Assembly: GCF_000009045.1 (NCBI RefSeq)
Contig: NC_000964.3
Location: 1,380,001-1,412,000 of the forward strand
Direction: 5' to 3'
DNA from: Bacillus subtilis subsp. subtilis str. 168
Lineage (GTDB): Bacteria; Bacillota; Bacilli; Bacillales; Bacillaceae
Length of the DNA: 32,000 nucleotides
Every line of letters starts with the position of its first letter. Within the stretch, counting starts at the first letter, position 1. The notes beneath the pieces were generated by a model, which made no database searches, had not been told where the DNA came from, and saw only the letters and a list, made by a program, of their open reading frames with translations. The position numbers and the translations under genes are program-made. Below are positions 31,892-32,000 of this stretch, piece by piece.

Positions 31892-32000
31892 GTGAAACCA
31901 GTGCTTAGCCTTTTGTTTAAATTGGGAAAAAAGAAGCAAACACTTGAAAAAGCTGTTGAGAGTATACAAAAAGGCAATAAAGATCTGCAAAATGAATTAA
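31892..32000 (+). CDS. sigI: alternative sigma factor SigI, 3'-truncated by the window edge
   Basis: A GTG start follows GGGAGGA. The translation is MKPVLSLLFKLGKKKQTLEKAVESIQKGNKDLQNEL... Confidence 0.85.
   Translation, partial: MKPVLSLLFKLGKKKQTLEKAVESIQKGNKDLQNEL

Noticed and set aside
31717-31977. 86-aa minus-strand ORF overlapping the sigI promoter and start.
   Set aside because: It overlaps the well-supported SigI promoter, leader and sigI N-terminus on the opposite strand. It has no SD.
1-32000. N-terminally extended ORF-track models for ohrR (1889), ohrB (2011), guaD (3318), ispA (7022), ykoC (8987), ykoF (11684), tnrA (17788), ykoL (18166), ykoN (20123), ykoP (20056) and ykoY (30624).
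   Set aside because: In each case an internal ATG is preceded at 5-10 nt by a strong GGAGG-type SD. The extension itself lacks an SD, and it overlaps the SD, a neighbouring gene, a terminator or a riboswitch. The shorter proteins also match the N-termini I recall for these families.
1-32000. A scan for CRISPR arrays, IS elements or transposases, integrases, prophage genes, tRNA or rRNA genes, and long direct or inverted repeats.
   Set aside because: I saw no regularly spaced repeats, no transposase- or integrase-like ORFs and no tRNA-like or rRNA-like sequence. The only repeats are short operator- or terminator-scale ones, plus the ohrA/ohrB and PepSY paralogous coding repeats. By eye the composition is uniform, and the window looks like core chromosome.

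Overview
No search was possible, so identification rests on my recall of the protein sequences. On that basis the window matches the Bacillus subtilis 168-type core chromosome from proA to sigI. Gene order is proA, ohrA, ohrR, ohrB, guaD, metE, ispA, rsbRB, ykoC-D-E-F, ykoG-H-I-J, ykzD, mgtE, tnrA, ykzB, ykoL, ykoM, ykoN, ykoP, ykoQ, ykoS-T, ligD, ku, dgcW, ykoX, ykoY, sigI. I support 33 protein-coding genes. Two are cut by the window edges, and two (ykzD, ykzB) are micro-ORFs under 60 aa that the ORF track does not list. Four different riboswitch classes are readable directly in the sequence: S-box/SAM before metE, THI-box/TPP before ykoF, M-box/Mg2+ before mgtE, and yybP-ykoY/Mn2+ before ykoY. 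Several promoters, operators and rho-independent terminators are also visible. I found no rRNA, tRNA, IS element, transposase, prophage, CRISPR array or recognisable defence island. About eleven ORF-track entries are over-extended at the N-terminus, and I re-set those starts using Shine-Dalgarno (SD) position. This is a heavily studied chromosome, so truly new content is limited. The items most worth a second look are: (1) a 40-codon uORF with a strong SD plus a hairpin between the M-box and mgtE; (2) the orphan ykoS/ykoT GtrB-like plus GT-C-like glycosylation pair and the neighbouring ykoN/ykoP/ykoQ envelope genes; (3) the ykoGH two-component system co-transcribed with two multi-PepSY proteins; (4) a probably over-extended ku start hiding a forespore-type promoter; (5) the MHYT-PAS-GGDEF-EAL protein DgcW, whose ligand is unknown.
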